DNA of 64,000 bases from Planktothrix sp. GU0601_MAG3 (GCA_035193785.1 CP136572.1:3540578-3604577), one strand, 5' to 3'; numbered from the stretch's first letter, positions 34,388-46,930 are shown. Translations and numbers: made by a program. The notes: generated by a model from the letters alone, not told the origin.

Positions 34388-36642
34388 CTATTCCCTGATT
34401 TTATCGATTTCAGACTGAGCAGGAATAAAAGATTTCACCAAAACTATCATCAAATCTAAATCCAAAGGTTTGCTTAAATAGGCAGAAGCACCCGCATCTA
34501 AACAGCGTTCTCGGTCGCCAGACATTGCCATGGCTGTTAAAGCAATAATAGGAACAGATTGCCAGATGGAATGGGCTTTTAATTGACGCATTAATTCTAA
34601 CCCATCGACCTCGGGTAATTGTACATCCATTAAAATTAAATTAGGAAGTGTTTTTTCCGTGACCAGGGGAGAGTTAATAGTGTCTAACATAGTCTGACCA
34701 TTACTAATTAATTCCACTCGATATCCCTCTAATTCTAAAACCTCCGAAACTAATAATTGATTAAAGGGCTGGTCTTCCACTACCAAAATTCTAGGGGAAT
34801 TTTCACAATTTGCTTGAGAATCATTCTGAGATTCGGATGATTTTTGCAAAGATAAATCGCAGGATTTTGGATTTAAACTAAGTTCTTCTCGCATTTCTGT
34901 TAACGGCAACCAAGCCCGAAATAGACTCCCTTGATTCACCATTGAATTGATAGAAACCGTGCCCCCATGTAATTCCGCTAATCGTTTGACTAAAGCCAAT
35001 CCTAATCCGGTGCCTTCATGGCGTCGTGTCAGGGAAGAATCGACCTGTTGAAAGGGACGAAACAACAAATGCCACCGTTCTTCTGGGATGCCAATTCCTG
35101 AGTCTTGAAACCTCCAAACAAAGATAGGGCGTACTAGCATTTACTGGAGAACAATCGGGTCGATAATCCTGAATCATTTGGTTTCCATAGGCTAAAAATC
35201 CACTTAATTTAATACTTCCAGCTTCCGGTGTAAATTTGACGGCGTTGGAGAGTAAATTAATAATAATTTGGCGTACCCGTCGCTCATCTAAAAACGCATG
35301 ATGCACACGATAATCTAATTCTACAGACATTTTTAACCGCTTTTTATCAGCCCGAGGCTGCATCATTTTCAAACATTCATTACAGAGGCGGTGAATATTC
35401 ACCGATTGTAAATCTAATTCAGTTTTACCCGCTTCAATTTTGGATAAATCTAAGATATCATTAATCAGTTGTAATAAATGTTGACCACTTTTTTCAATTA
35501 GTTGTAAATGGTTAATTTGACGTTCATTTAAAGAGCCTCCGATTTGACGTTTGAGCAAGTCAGAAAAACCTAAAATACTATTTAGGGGAGTTCTCAATTC
35601 ATGGGACATTGAGGCTAAAAATTCAGATTTGAGTTGAGAAGCGCGTTCTAAATCTTCATTAATTTGTTGCAAACTCGCTTGAGCTTGTACCCGTTCAATC
35701 GAAGCTCCAAGGGTTCGACAGGCTGCATTTAACATATCCCGTTGAGGATATTCTTGTAAACGATCTAAATCCCGGGATTCTAGGGTTAATACACCAATAA
35801 TATTGCCATTAGTTGCCGGAATAGGAAAAATTCCTAACCGACCTAATCCCGGATATCGAAATCTGGGAACAGATTTAGGATGTTGGGAATAATTTTCTAT
35901 AAATACCGGTTCCCCCGTTTCTACCACATCCCATAATAAACCTTGACCATAGGGAATTCCCTGGTCTAAAATTTCCTGCATGGAAGCAACAGCAGGTTTC
36001 CCCATAGGTAGCAATAAATTGACCGGAAATTTGATTGACAATGGCTCCAGCTTGGCGATTTTTTCCCTCTCCAGAAATAACTTTCACATCTCCAAAAGCC
36101 GCGTCCATCACCGAGACTAAATAATTTAAGGCAAACTGGGCAATTTCCTGTAAATTATCAGAGTTTTGTAAGCGTTCATTTAATCCTAATAAAAATCTGA
36201 GTCGGCGGACTTCCGTATTTAAGCTGGCTTGGGAATTGCGATAATAGGTAATATCTCTAAAGGTAAATAATCGACTGCCATTGGAAGATAATCGGCTTTC
36301 AATTTCCAGGCAAACTCGGTTATTTTGTTCGATGCAAAAGGATAAATTATCAATCCCCACTTGTTCCAAACAATTTTTAAGTTGTTGACAGTGTTTTTCT
36401 TCCCAATATCCTTGTAATAAAATTTTGTCAATCAGCGCAGATAGGGGCGGTTTTTGGTTGAGAAATTCGGGAGATAATCCCCAAATATCCGCCAATTTTT
36501 GATTAAATAGAATTAACTGATTATTATGATTGAATAGAGCGATCGCATTATCAATCTGATTTAAAATTAACGACCGTTCTTCCAGCAACTGTTGGACATC
36601 TGGGCTAAATTGCTCATTGTGGCTAATTATCGGTTCGGTCAT
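34388..36642 (-). CDS. PAS-GAF hybrid histidine kinase with receiver (apparent frameshifts at 35107-35111 and 35996-36000)
   Basis: [52 protein letters not shown]. Confidence 0.92.
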
Positions 36643-36892
36643 AATTGTATGGGAAAAACCAGGTAAAAAGGAGATGAATTAAACTCAATTAATGAATCTT
36701 AACAAATTTCTCAGATATCTCAATCATCAATTTGGGGATCTCGGTTAGCTTTGGACGAACCCCTCCCCGGAGACAGAGAATCAAGACTTAAATGGCCAAA
36801 ATAGCCAACTTTTGTAATTTTTGATATAAAATCAAATTTATGTGAAGATTTGTTTAGAATAACCGACACCCATTTAGACAGGAGAAAACACT

Positions 36893-37496
36893 GTGGCTTT
36901 TGAACTTCCCGCCTTACCCTTTGCCGACGATGCTTTAGAAACCAAGCAAAATGTCGGCTAAGACCTTTTCCTTCCATCATGGTAAGCACCACGCTGCCTA
37001 TGTCACAAACCTGAATAAACTGATTGAGGGGACAGGACTGGCGGATAAATCCCTAGAAGAAATTATCAAAGCAACCGCCAACGACCCGACCAAAGCCGGA
37101 ATTTTTAACAATGCGGCTCAGGTTTGGAATCACACTTTCTTCTGGAATAGTCTGAAAGCCGGTGGCGGTGGCCAACCCACAGGTGCTTTGGCTGAAAAAA
37201 TTAATGCTGACTTTGGTAGCTTTGACAAGTTTATCGAAGAATTCAAAGCCGCCGCTACAACTCAATTTGGTAGTGGTTGGGCTTGGTTAGTATTAGATAA
37301 TGGCACTCTGAAAGTTACCAAAACCGCTAATGCAGGAACTCCGATTGTGGATGGAGCCACTCCTTTATTAACTTTGGATGTTTGGGAGCACGCCTATTAT
37401 TTGGACTTCCAAAATGCCAGACCCGCTTACATTGAAAACTTCCTAAATCACCTGGTGAACTGGGATTTTGTGGCTGAAAACTTCGCCGCTGCATAA
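36893..37496 (+). CDS. sodB: Fe superoxide dismutase (apparent frameshift at 36938-36942)
   Basis: AGGAG SD, GTG start [40 protein letters not shown]. Confidence 0.96.
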
Positions 37497-37530
37497 TTGA
37501 GCATTCTTTCTGAAGTAGATTGAACCAACA

Positions 37531-37572
37531 GCAAGACAGTCATTCTATTTTTAGGGCTGTCTTGTTTTTTTA
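37531..37572 (+). terminator. Intrinsic terminator after sodB
   Basis: GCAAGACAGTC..GGCTGTCTTGT followed by a T-run. Confidence 0.75.
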
Positions 37573-37599
37573 TTATCCCAATTGATTCAAATTTTAATT

Positions 37600-37809
37600 A
37601 TGAATAGTCAAGATCTTGCCCAATATATTGAAAGCACCAATGGTATTTCTAAGTCTTGGTTATTGGTACAATTGCGGTTAAAGAAACTCGCAGAACGCCG
37701 TTCGGAAATTTCCCAGGAAGAATATATGCAGGAGTTAGCCCAACTGCATCAAGAATTAATGAATCTAGGGGAGTGGTGGTTAGGAATAGAAGATCAGGTT
37801 TTTAGTTAA
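37600..37809 (+). CDS. Small hypothetical protein
   Basis: Clean ORF, SKSWLLVQLRLKKL..LMNLGEWW. Confidence 0.7.
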   Translation: MNSQDLAQYIESTNGISKSWLLVQLRLKKLAERRSEISQEEYMQELAQLHQELMNLGEWWLGIEDQVFS

Positions 37810-38096
37810 AATTGATATGCTGAAATTCTTTAATCTTTGTTAGTGGGTGTTAATAATTATTCTCTCCTTCGTTACTCAAATCACAATAAAACTCCTGTCT
37901 AATGGTTTCAGCATAGTGATGATCGGACAATTGAACCCCAGAAGATTCACATTGATTCAAGTTCTTAAAATCACAGGAACTATTGGTCGATAATTATTGT
38001 CCTTGACTAACAGAAGTTAATATTATAGAAGTGCTAAAAGCGATCGCACCGATTTGTAAACCCTTCCCAAAAACAGAGTTTTTCATAAATTTATTC

Positions 38097-38558
38097 TCAA
38101 TCATGTTTTACAGTCTGATGCTTCCAATTCACCCCCAAACGTTTGAGATAATCCCAACCCCTTTGGGGCCAAACATGGGGACGCCCCGTTTTTTCAGCGA
38201 TCCATTCCGCCACCTTGGGGCCAGACCAGGAGCCACCATCAGGTGCTGGCCCCTGTAAGGCTTGCATAAGTTCCTGTTGTTGTCCTGAAGTGAGTAAAGA
38301 TTTCGCGATCGGGGGTTGGCGCTCCCGGCTGCGATTTCTCACAGAACTTGGCCCCTCGCGGTTGTAGCGCCGGATAATTTCTTTGGCATAGTCGTAATTT
38401 AACCCCACCACTTCAGCCGATTGTTTAATTGTCCAATCCCCTGCCACAAGGCAAAGTAAATGCCATCGACGGGCCTCTGTCGTGTCTCGTGCTTGACGAT
38501 AGCGAGCTTTCAGGTCATCGGGCGTTAAGTATGGTTCGATGTGCGCTTTAGGTGGCAT
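38097..38558 (-). CDS. Stand-alone HTH protein homologous to the N-terminal half of IS630 transposases
   Basis: GGAGG SD; RYRQARD..EARRWH, IIRRYNREGP, GGSWSGPKVAEWI, QRGWDYLKRLG; no DDE domain follows. Confidence 0.8.
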   Translation of the reverse strand: MPPKAHIEPYLTPDDLKARYRQARDTTEARRWHLLCLVAGDWTIKQSAEVVGLNYDYAKEIIRRYNREGPSSVRNRSRERQPPIAKSLLTSGQQQELMQALQGPAPDGGSWSGPKVAEWIAEKTGRPHVWPQRGWDYLKRLGVNWKHQTVKHD

Positions 38559-38639
38559 TCCTCCGATTTAGCATCAGGAAAGTTGGTTAGTCTATCTGGT
38601 GGTTTTAAGGGTTTTCCGGATCAAAGCCAGAATTTCTAA

Positions 38640-38915
38640 GAATTACGAATGGGTAATGGGTAATGGGTAATGGGTAATGGGTAATGGGTAATGGGTAATG
38701 GGTAATAGAAAGAGTTTACTCCCCCTGCTCCCCCTGCTCCCCCTGCTCCCCCTGCTCCCTCTGCTCCCCTGCTTCCCCTGCTCCCCCGGCTCCCTCTGCT
38801 CCCCCGGCTCCCCCGGCTCCCCCTGCTCCCCCGGCTCCCCCTGCTCCCCCGGCTCCCTCTGCTCCCCCGGCTCCCCCGGCTCCCCCAACTCCCCCGCTCC
38901 CCTAACTCCCCCTCC
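38640..38915 (+). repeat. Composite tandem repeat, copy 3
   Basis: GAATTAC-(GGGTAAT)n-AATAGAAAGAGTTTAC-(CTCCCCC[T/G]G)n. Confidence 0.95.
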
Positions 38916-38966
38916 TGGTGTTAGACTCTGATATGGGTATTTTAAGAAAATGAGGAATAACAGAGT

Positions 38967-40428
38967 ATGGCATCCATCCGTAAGTTGCACCGACAACTGA
39001 TCAAAAAAGAACGCTCCGCCGTTGAGATCACCCAGGAAGCACTGGATCGGATTGCACAACTCGAACCCCAATTAAAGAGTTTCCTCTGTGTGACGGCGGA
39101 TCGAGCCTTAGAGCAAGCCCGTCAAGTGGATGCAAAAATTGCCAGAGGGGAAGAAATAGGACTGTTAGCGGGAATTCCGATCGCCATTAAGGACAATCTG
39201 TGCACCGAGGGAATTCGCACCACCTGCGGTTTCCAAAATTTTAGAGAATTTTATCCCGCCCTACGAATCCACCGTCACCCAGAAACTGGCTGCGGCTGGG
39301 GCGGTGATGGTGGGAAAAACCAACATGGATGAATTTGCCATGGGCAGTTCTACGGAAAACTCCGCCTATCAGGTGACGGCCAATCCTTGGGATTTACAAC
39401 GGGTTCCGGGGGGGTCATCGGGAGGGTCTGCTGCGGCCGTAGCAGCCGAAGAAGCGGTGGTTTCCCTGGGTTCGGATACGGGGGGTTCCATTCGTCAGCC
39501 CGCGTCCTTCTGTGGGGTGGTGGGGCTCAAACCCACCTATGGTTTAGTTTCTCGCTATGGGTTAGTCGCCTATGCGTCCTCTTTGGATCAAATTGGGCCC
39601 TTTGGACGCTCTGTGGAGGATGTGGCTATTTTATTACAAGCGATCGCTGGCCACGACCCCAAGGATGCCACCAGTTTAAACCTGCCCATTCCCGATTATG
39701 TTTCCGGGCTATTACCGTCATTGAGAGCCAGAAGTGGGATTAAAATTGGGGTGATTAAGGAAACCTTTGGGGAAGGATTAGATCCGATTGTGGAAAAAAC
39801 CGTCACCAAAGCCATTAGTGTTTTACAGGAATCCGGTGCAGAAATTCAGGTAGTTTCTTGTCCTCGATTTCGCTATGGTTTACCAACTTATTATGTGATT
39901 GCTCCTTCGGAAGCCTCGGCTAATTTAGCCCGTTATGATGGGGTGAAATATGGTTTCCGTTATCCCGATGCGGATAATTTAATTGAAATGTATCAGAAAA
40001 CCCGGGCGCAAGGGTTTGGGGCGGAAGTCAAACGTCGGATTATGATGGGAACCTATGTGTTATCGGCGGGATATTATGACGCCTATTATTTGAAAGCTCA
40101 AAAGGTCAGAACTTTAATTAAGGAAGATTTTGATCGGGCGTTTAGTCAAGTGGAAGTTTTAGTTTGTCCGACCGCACCTTCAACGGCTTTTAAAGCGGGT
40201 GAAAAAACCGCCGATCCCTTGAGTATGTATTTATCGGATTTAATGACAATTCCGGTTAATTTAGCGGGTTTACCCGGAATTAGTGTTCCCTGTGGATTTG
40301 ATGATCAAGGCTTACCGATTGGGATGCAATTAATTGGGAAACCGTTAGGGGAATCTCGGTTATTAGAAGTTGCTAATGCCTATGAACAGGCGACGGATTG
40401 GCATAATTACAAACCTCAAGGAATCTAA
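38967..40428 (+). CDS. gatA: Asp-tRNA(Asn)/Glu-tRNA(Gln) amidotransferase subunit A (apparent frameshift at 39229-39233)
   Basis: [52 protein letters not shown]. Confidence 0.97.
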
Positions 40429-40534
40429 TCTGTAAATATTAGGGTGGGCTTTGCTCACCTTAGTTTTAATCCCATGAAAAATTGTTTTGAGGTTATAATG
40501 AGTATTATCTAAAATTTTCACCGCAAATCTTAAA

Positions 40535-40831
40535 ATGTCAACAACTTTAACAGATATTGGTACATTAATTGTTTCTACACCCGAAATTTGTGGAGGTCGC
40601 CCTCGCATTACAGGAACAAGAATGTCGGTGATGAGTATTGCAATTGATTATAATGCGGGCATGACTGTTGAAGAAATTTTACAAGAATTTCCGCACTTGA
40701 ATTTAGGGCAAATTTATGCAGCTTTAACTTATTATCATGTGAATAAATCCAGTATTGATCAGGAAATTATGGCTTATTATGAAGAATGCGATCGCTTAGA
40801 AAAAGAACAGAGCGCGAGGACGGTTTCGTGA
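40535..40831 (+). CDS. DUF433 domain protein (putative antitoxin)
   Basis: TPEICGGRPRITGTR, IYAALTYY. Confidence 0.9.
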   Translation: MSTTLTDIGTLIVSTPEICGGRPRITGTRMSVMSIAIDYNAGMTVEEILQEFPHLNLGQIYAALTYYHVNKSSIDQEIMAYYEECDRLEKEQSARTVS

Positions 40832-41199
40832 GTCAAATTCGTTTATATTTTGATGAAGATTCGGGCAATATGTCCTTAGTTGAAGCGTTACGAAATGAAG
40901 ATATAGATGTTTTGACGACACCAGAAGCGAATACAATGGGTTATTCCGATCAAGATCAATTATTATGGGCAACTCAGCAAAATCGGATTATCTATAGTTT
41001 TAATATGGGTGATTTTTGCCGTTTACATAATATATTTATTAGTGATGGAGTAACTCATGCCGGGATTATTGTTGTTCCTAGACAAAGTTATTCAATTGGT
41101 GAACAATTACGCGGAATATTAAGGTTAATTTCTGAACAGTCCGCAGAAGTCATGGTTAATCAATTAGTGTTTTTAGGAATGTATATTCGTGCTGAATAA
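40828..41199 (+). CDS. DUF5615 / PIN-like protein (putative toxin)
   Basis: GTGA overlap with DUF433; LYFDED, SDQDQL, YSFNMGDF, HAGII. Confidence 0.85.
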   Translation: MSQIRLYFDEDSGNMSLVEALRNEDIDVLTTPEANTMGYSDQDQLLWATQQNRIIYSFNMGDFCRLHNIFISDGVTHAGIIVVPRQSYSIGEQLRGILRLISEQSAEVMVNQLVFLGMYIRAE

Positions 41200-41254
41200 T
41201 AATCAATTCATTTGTAAATGATTTAAAAAAATTACCTTGTTAGCAATATAAAAT

Positions 41255-43148
41255 ATGTACATTTCAAAATTTCGAGTTTTTAACTATAAATCATTTAAAG
41301 ACTCTACATTGTTAGAGTTTAAACCCGGTATAAATATTATTATCGGGCAAAATAATGTAGGCAAAACTGCTTTTTTAGAAGCATTAGAATTAAATGTTGA
41401 CAATACTCCTCATAAAAATGTTAAAGCATGGCTTTCAAAAAAGGAAGATAAAAGTTTACCTTCATTCGATTGGTCAACTGTCGATATCATACTTGTAGTT
41501 GAAGAATCTGATATCTATTCTTTCATTAAGAAATCAACTATTTGTGTTTCATCTGAACGTAATCATCAAAATGATTTAGATTTGTTTCAAAATTGGATTA
41601 ATCAACCTAATGTTAAAGAAATTTGTGTTTATAATTATAACCCAGAAAAAGGTGATGGTTTTTATAAAATAGATATCAATATGCCTGAAAATATTAATAT
41701 ATCTCATCCTTGTAGTTATGATTATAATATAAGTTTCGGACAAGAAACTATACAAAAAATTATTATAAACAATAGTAATAATCTAGAACTTAATGAAACA
41801 CCTATTGACTTCACACCTTCCTATGAACCTTTAGATAAATATTTTTTTGATTACTTAAGAAGTAAAATTTATAGACTTGAGTCAGAAAGATTTCATGTTG
41901 GTAAATGTGATGCAGGGGCATCTGTAGAGCTAAAGCAGAGCGCTGAAAATTTAGCTGAGGTTATTAGCCAGTTGCAATTAGCCGGTCAAAAGAAAAATTA
42001 TCAGCAATTCAATGAATGTGTTAATATAATTTTTCCAGAAATTGCCCTTGTTTCAGCACGTCCTAAACCTAAAAAATCTATTAATGATGATAAGTTGCTT
42101 TATGAGGTTTTAATCTGGTCTTTAGAAGCCTCTCAGCAAGATGTGGTTGAAATGACACTACCTTTAGCAGATTGTGGAACTGGAGTAAGCCAAGTATTAG
42201 CAATATTATATGTTGTAATAACTGCTTCTGAGCCTCAAGTTATTATCATTGATGAACCTCAGTCATTCCTTCACCCTAGCGCTGCCAAGAAGTTAATAGA
42301 AATCCTCAAAGAGTTTCCTCAGCATCAATATTTTATTGCTACCCATTCTCCTCAAATCATAACGGCTGCTAACCCTGCAACAATTGTTCAACTCTCCTAT
42401 ATTGATGGGGAAACTAAAGCCCAAATAATTGATGCTAAACAAACAGCACAATTGCGTTTCACTCTTAGATGAGTTGGGAGTAAGCTTGTCTGATGTGTTT
42501 GGTGCTGATAACATTTTGTGGGTTGAAGGGCAAACTGAGGAAAAATGTTTTCCTTTAATTTTGGAAAAATTAACCGATATCAAGTTAAGGGGAACTCAGA
42601 TTTTAGCTGTGACAAGTACAGGAGTTTTAGTAGGAAAACACGCTGATTTAGTATTTGATATTTATGACAAGCTTAGTGGAGGTAATACATTGTTTCCACC
42701 AGCTATAGGTTTTATCTTGGATGAAGAAGGGAGGACACAGCAGAAAAAAGACGACTTAAAAAGACGAAGTAAAAAAAATGGTAATAAATTAGAATTTTTA
42801 ACTCGAAAACTTTATGAAAATTATTTACTTGAGCCTGAAGCCATAGCTCATGTTATTAATCAAGAGGATTACAGCAGAGACCAACCTCTTTCTGAAAATG
42901 AAATCCAAAGTTGGTTAGATGTCAATAAAAACAAATTCATGCCTAAAGGAACATCAGAAGACGCAGATTGGTTAAAAGTTGTAGATGGGGCAAACCTTTT
43001 AATAAAGCTGTTTTCAGAAAAAACCGATAATAAAGTGTTGTTTATAAAAACAAAACATTCCTATGAGCTAACCGAGTGGCTTGTAGAAAACAAACCAGAG
43101 TGTTTACAAGAAATAGCTGCTTTATTGAGAAAGATTTTAAATCCATAA
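41255..43148 (+). CDS. OLD-family-like ATP-dependent nuclease (ABC ATPase + TOPRIM); apparent frameshift at 42456-42460
   Basis: NYKSF, Walker A GQNNVGKT, CGTG signature, IIIDEPQSFLHP, ATHSP; TOPRIM WVEGQTEE..ILDEE, YENYLL. Confidence 0.85.
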
Positions 43149-43150
43149 TT

Positions 43151-43181
43151 AACCCCCTTTCTATTATATAGAAGGGGGGTT
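43151..43181. terminator. Hairpin, probable bidirectional terminator
   Basis: AACCCCCTTTCTAT..ATAGAAGGGGGGTT between convergent genes. Confidence 0.65.
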
Positions 43182-43207
43182 GAGGATTCGATCGTAAATT
43201 GATGATC

Positions 43208-43435
43208 CTATTTAATCCAACCGGCACTTAAAATAACAGTAATTCCCATAAAAATAATCGCTAACATCCAAGTAATCCGATTTAAGGTAGTTTCGGCACT
43301 TTTGGCGCTAGTAAAGAGTTGGGCTTGTCCACCAATACCCCCAATCCCGTCGCCTTTAGGACTATGGAGTAAGACTAAAATAATAATCCCTAAAGCCGAT
43401 AAAGACCAAACCGCTTGTAATACTTGAGTAACCAT
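43208..43435 (-). CDS. secG: Preprotein translocase subunit SecG
   Basis: LVLLHSPKGDGIGGIGG..SAETTLNRITW. Confidence 0.95.
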   Translation of the reverse strand: MVTQVLQAVWSLSALGIIILVLLHSPKGDGIGGIGGQAQLFTSAKSAETTLNRITWMLAIIFMGITVILSAGWIK

Positions 43436-43512
43436 GTTAAGAAGTTGATAATTTGAACAGAAAAATTAAACCTTCAAACCTTCAATTATAACCTATTTTT
43501 CCAGGAATTAAT

Positions 43513-45112
43513 TTAAAGTTTTACCCGCATCGGAGTCCGACTTTCCCGAACTTCATAGGTGGCGGATTCAATCATAGAAACACCCGTCATTTCCGGGGGT
43601 TGAGGAATACCCAAAATCTGCAAAATCGTGGGGGCGATATCCGCTAAACAGCCATCTGTCCGTAAAGGAATATCGGTTCCGTGACCTGGGATTTTGCGTT
43701 TTTCCCCTTCTACTAGGATAAAGGGAACGGGGTTAGTTGTGTGGGCTGTCCAGGGATTTCCTTCCGCATCGCACATATATTCGGCGTTACCATGGTCAGC
43801 AATAATAATCGCCGTCCCTCCAGCTTGACTAATACTTTGTAATAATATCCCCAAACAGTGATCCACGGTTTCAACTGCTTTTACCGCCGCACCCATCATC
43901 CCCGTATGTCCGACCATATCAGGATTAGCGTAATTAATTACAATCATCGAGTAAATGCCCTTTTCAATGCCTTCAATTGCCACATCTGTTACCGCTTCGG
44001 CGGACATTTCCGGTTGTAAATCATAAGTAGCAACGGAGGGACTGGGAATTAATTCTCGGTCTTCTCCGGGATAGGGTTGTTCTAAACCGCCATTGAAAAA
44101 ATAGGTGACATGGGCATATTTTTCTGTTTCCGCCGTGCGTAATTGTTTTAACCCGTGTTCAGCAATAACTTGTCCGAGAATATTATTCAGATTTTGGGGT
44201 TCAAAAGCAACTAAAACGGGAAAAGTAGAGTCATATTGAGTCAAAGTTACGAAGCTCAGGGGCTGAATATAGGAACGTTCAAAGTCTTTAAAATTTCGAT
44301 CTACAAACACCTGAGTTAACTCCCTCGCCCGGTCAGGGCGGAAGTTAAAGAAAATCACCCCATCCCCTGCTTCCACCGCCCCAGGCGCGATCCGAGAGGG
44401 CACTATAAACTCATCGTTTATGCCTTCAGAATAGGAAGATAACATCACATCAACGGCAGATAATCCATTGCCTTCGCCATCGGTGGTCATTATATTATAG
44501 GCTTGTTTAACTCGATCCCATCGTTTATCCCGATCCATGGCATAATAACGGCCACTAATTGTCACAATACGACCGATACCAATAGCATCAATTTGTTCTT
44601 GAAGTTGTTTAATATATTTAATTCCATCTTTAGGATTTGTGTCTCGACCATCCATGATCGCATGAACACAAACATCCCTAATATTTTTAGCTTTTGCTAA
44701 GTTTAAAAGTCCGTATAAATGATCTAAATGGGAGTGAACACCACCATCGGAACATAAACCCATCAAGTGCAACTTGCCGTTTCTATCTAAAACATCTTGA
44801 CAAACTTTTAACAATGCCGGGTTATTTTGAATTGTTCCATCTTCAACCGCATCGGAAATTCTAACCAACTCTTGGGGGACAACGCGCCCCGCACCCAGAT
44901 TCAAATGACCCACTTCTGAGTTTCCCATTTGACCCAATGGCAAACCCACCGCCTTCCCAGAGGTGTGAATTAGGGTTTCTGGGGTAAGCTGCCCATAGAC
45001 TATCCATCACCGGGGTATTGGCAACGGCTATGGCATTTCCGTCAGCTTGTTCGCGATAACCCCATCCGTCCAAGATAATAAGTACAACGGGAGATACAGA
45101 TTTTGGTGCCAT
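43513..45112 (-). CDS. gpmI: 2,3-bisphosphoglycerate-independent phosphoglycerate mutase (apparent frameshift at 44975-44979)
   Basis: [47 protein letters not shown]. Confidence 0.97.
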
Positions 45113-45265
45113 ACCAAGTTACCTTTTGCTGCTTGTGGTCATTTGTGCATAGATTGTACCATACGGGGGAAGTCTGTTAATCATAAGAACTTGATAATGC
45201 CACCTATAAAACTTAAAATTCCGCCGTCAAAAGCTGATACAAAATCTAAATTTTTAGGGCGTTTA

Positions 45266-46198
45266 ATGAAATTTGCGATTAGTCTCCTGGGTTTCCTTAA
45301 ACCTTATTTACGATGGATAATCCTAGGAGGAACATTATTTTTCTTGGCAACAAATTTTAGAAAGCATTGGCAAGAAATTTCAGAAATTGATATTAGTTCA
45401 ACGGCATGGATATATCTTGGATTAGCTCTAATTATTACCCTTTGCGCCCATATTTGGTCAGCCTTTGTTTGGTTAATTATTGTTAAAGAATTTAAGCAAA
45501 CAATTAGACCCCGTTGGGGATTACAGCTTTATTTAATCACTAATCTGGCGAAATATCTGCCCGGGAATATTTGGCATTTTTATGGGCGAATTATGGCGAT
45601 GAAAGACTCCGGTATTGCCCTAGAAGCGGCGGCATTAAGTGTATTACTTGAACCCTTAATTATGGCCGTCGCCGCCTTGGGGGTGGCATTAATCAGCTAT
45701 CATAGTTCCTATTGGGTGATACAAATTATAGGTTTAATTGCTTTAGGACTGGGCATTCATCCCCGGATTTTGAACCCAATTCTGAAATATTTAGAAACCT
45801 CAAAATTTAAAAAACAACTGTCTGATTTTCCCCAGGAAGTCTCCTGTCAATTAGATGATTATCCCCTGAAACCCCTATTCGGGGGGGCAAGTTTCGTTTT
45901 ATTAAGATGGTCGGGTTTTATGTTGACTTTACTCGCCCTAACTCCCCTAACTTTTGAGCAAATTCCGATATTATTAGGCGCCTATAGTTTTTCTTGGTTA
46001 TTGGGGTTATTAATTCCGGGTGCCCCCGGAGGATTAGGGGTTTTTGAAGCTACTATTTTAGCTTTATTGAATCAACAATTTTCCCCGGGTATTTTATTGG
46101 GGGCGATCGCATTTTACCGTTTAGTTAGTATTCTCGCTGAAACCCTAGGTGCATTATTAGCCAAATTAGATCAAAGATTTTTAGATAACTCTAATTGA
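45266..46198 (+). CDS. Lysylphosphatidylglycerol synthase TM / YbhN-like membrane protein
   Basis: AKYLPGNIWHFYGR, PGAPGGLGVFE; start codon uncertain. Confidence 0.8.
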   Translation: MKFAISLLGFLKPYLRWIILGGTLFFLATNFRKHWQEISEIDISSTAWIYLGLALIITLCAHIWSAFVWLIIVKEFKQTIRPRWGLQLYLITNLAKYLPGNIWHFYGRIMAMKDSGIALEAAALSVLLEPLIMAVAALGVALISYHSSYWVIQIIGLIALGLGIHPRILNPILKYLETSKFKKQLSDFPQEVSCQLDDYPLKPLFGGASFVLLRWSGFMLTLLALTPLTFEQIPILLGAYSFSWLLGLLIPGAPGGLGVFEATILALLNQQFSPGILLGAIAFYRLVSILAETLGALLAKLDQRFLDNSN

Positions 46199-46860
46199 TA
46201 GGCTTTAACTAATAGGTCAATTCCCGTAATCGCCGTACCAACAACCACAGCATAAGCACCTAAATCCAAGGCTTTTCTCGCCATTTCTGGGGAAGCAATT
46301 CCGCCTTCACAAATTATAGGAACTGGCAATTGTTTAACCATTTGGGCTAATAAATCAAAACCCGGGGGAGATTGATTTTGGGTGGCTTTTGTATAGCCAT
46401 ATAATGTCGTACCCACACAGTCTGCACCCGCTTCTACAGCCTCTATAGCTGCTTCTAAACTATCTACATCCGCCATCACTAATTTGCCTAATTCTTGATG
46501 GATTTTAGCAATTAAATTCTTGACGGTTTCTCCTTGGGGACGTTCTCGCAGAGTCGCATCAATAGCAATTATATCAGCCCCGGAGTTAGCGATCGCCACG
46601 GCATCTTCAAATCGAGGCGTAATATACACATCAAACCCAGGAATTTGTTGTTTCCATAGCCCAATAATCGGTTGAGAAACCCGTTTACGCACCGCTTCAA
46701 CATGGGCGGGGGTATCTATTCTCACCCCTAATGCTCCTTGGTTAACGGCGGCTTTAGCCATGGCTGCAATCACAATCGGATCATGTAGGGGGGAATCAAT
46801 CGGCGCTTGACAGGAGACAATTAATCCGTGAGTTAAGATGGAAAAAAGATCGGATTTCAT
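46171..46860 (-). CDS. nanE: N-acetylmannosamine-6-phosphate 2-epimerase
   Basis: GLIVSCQA, PIIGLWK, VYITP, GTTLYGYT, EGGI, VVVGTAIT. Confidence 0.93.
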   Translation of the reverse strand: MKSDLFSILTHGLIVSCQAPIDSPLHDPIVIAAMAKAAVNQGALGVRIDTPAHVEAVRKRVSQPIIGLWKQQIPGFDVYITPRFEDAVAIANSGADIIAIDATLRERPQGETVKNLIAKIHQELGKLVMADVDSLEAAIEAVEAGADCVGTTLYGYTKATQNQSPPGFDLLAQMVKQLPVPIICEGGIASPEMARKALDLGAYAVVVGTAITGIDLLVKAYQLELSKNL

Positions 46861-46930
46861 GCTAAATTTATTAGAGTGGGGCTGTTTCATTTTCTATTAT
46901 AAACCCTAGGACGTAACCTCCTAAATTATT

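Noticed and set aside
32145..38558. The two IS630-like pieces as ends of one composite transposon around MCP-kinase-sodB
   Set aside because: No shared terminal repeats are visible, the pieces differ in base composition, and the enclosed genes look like core genes.
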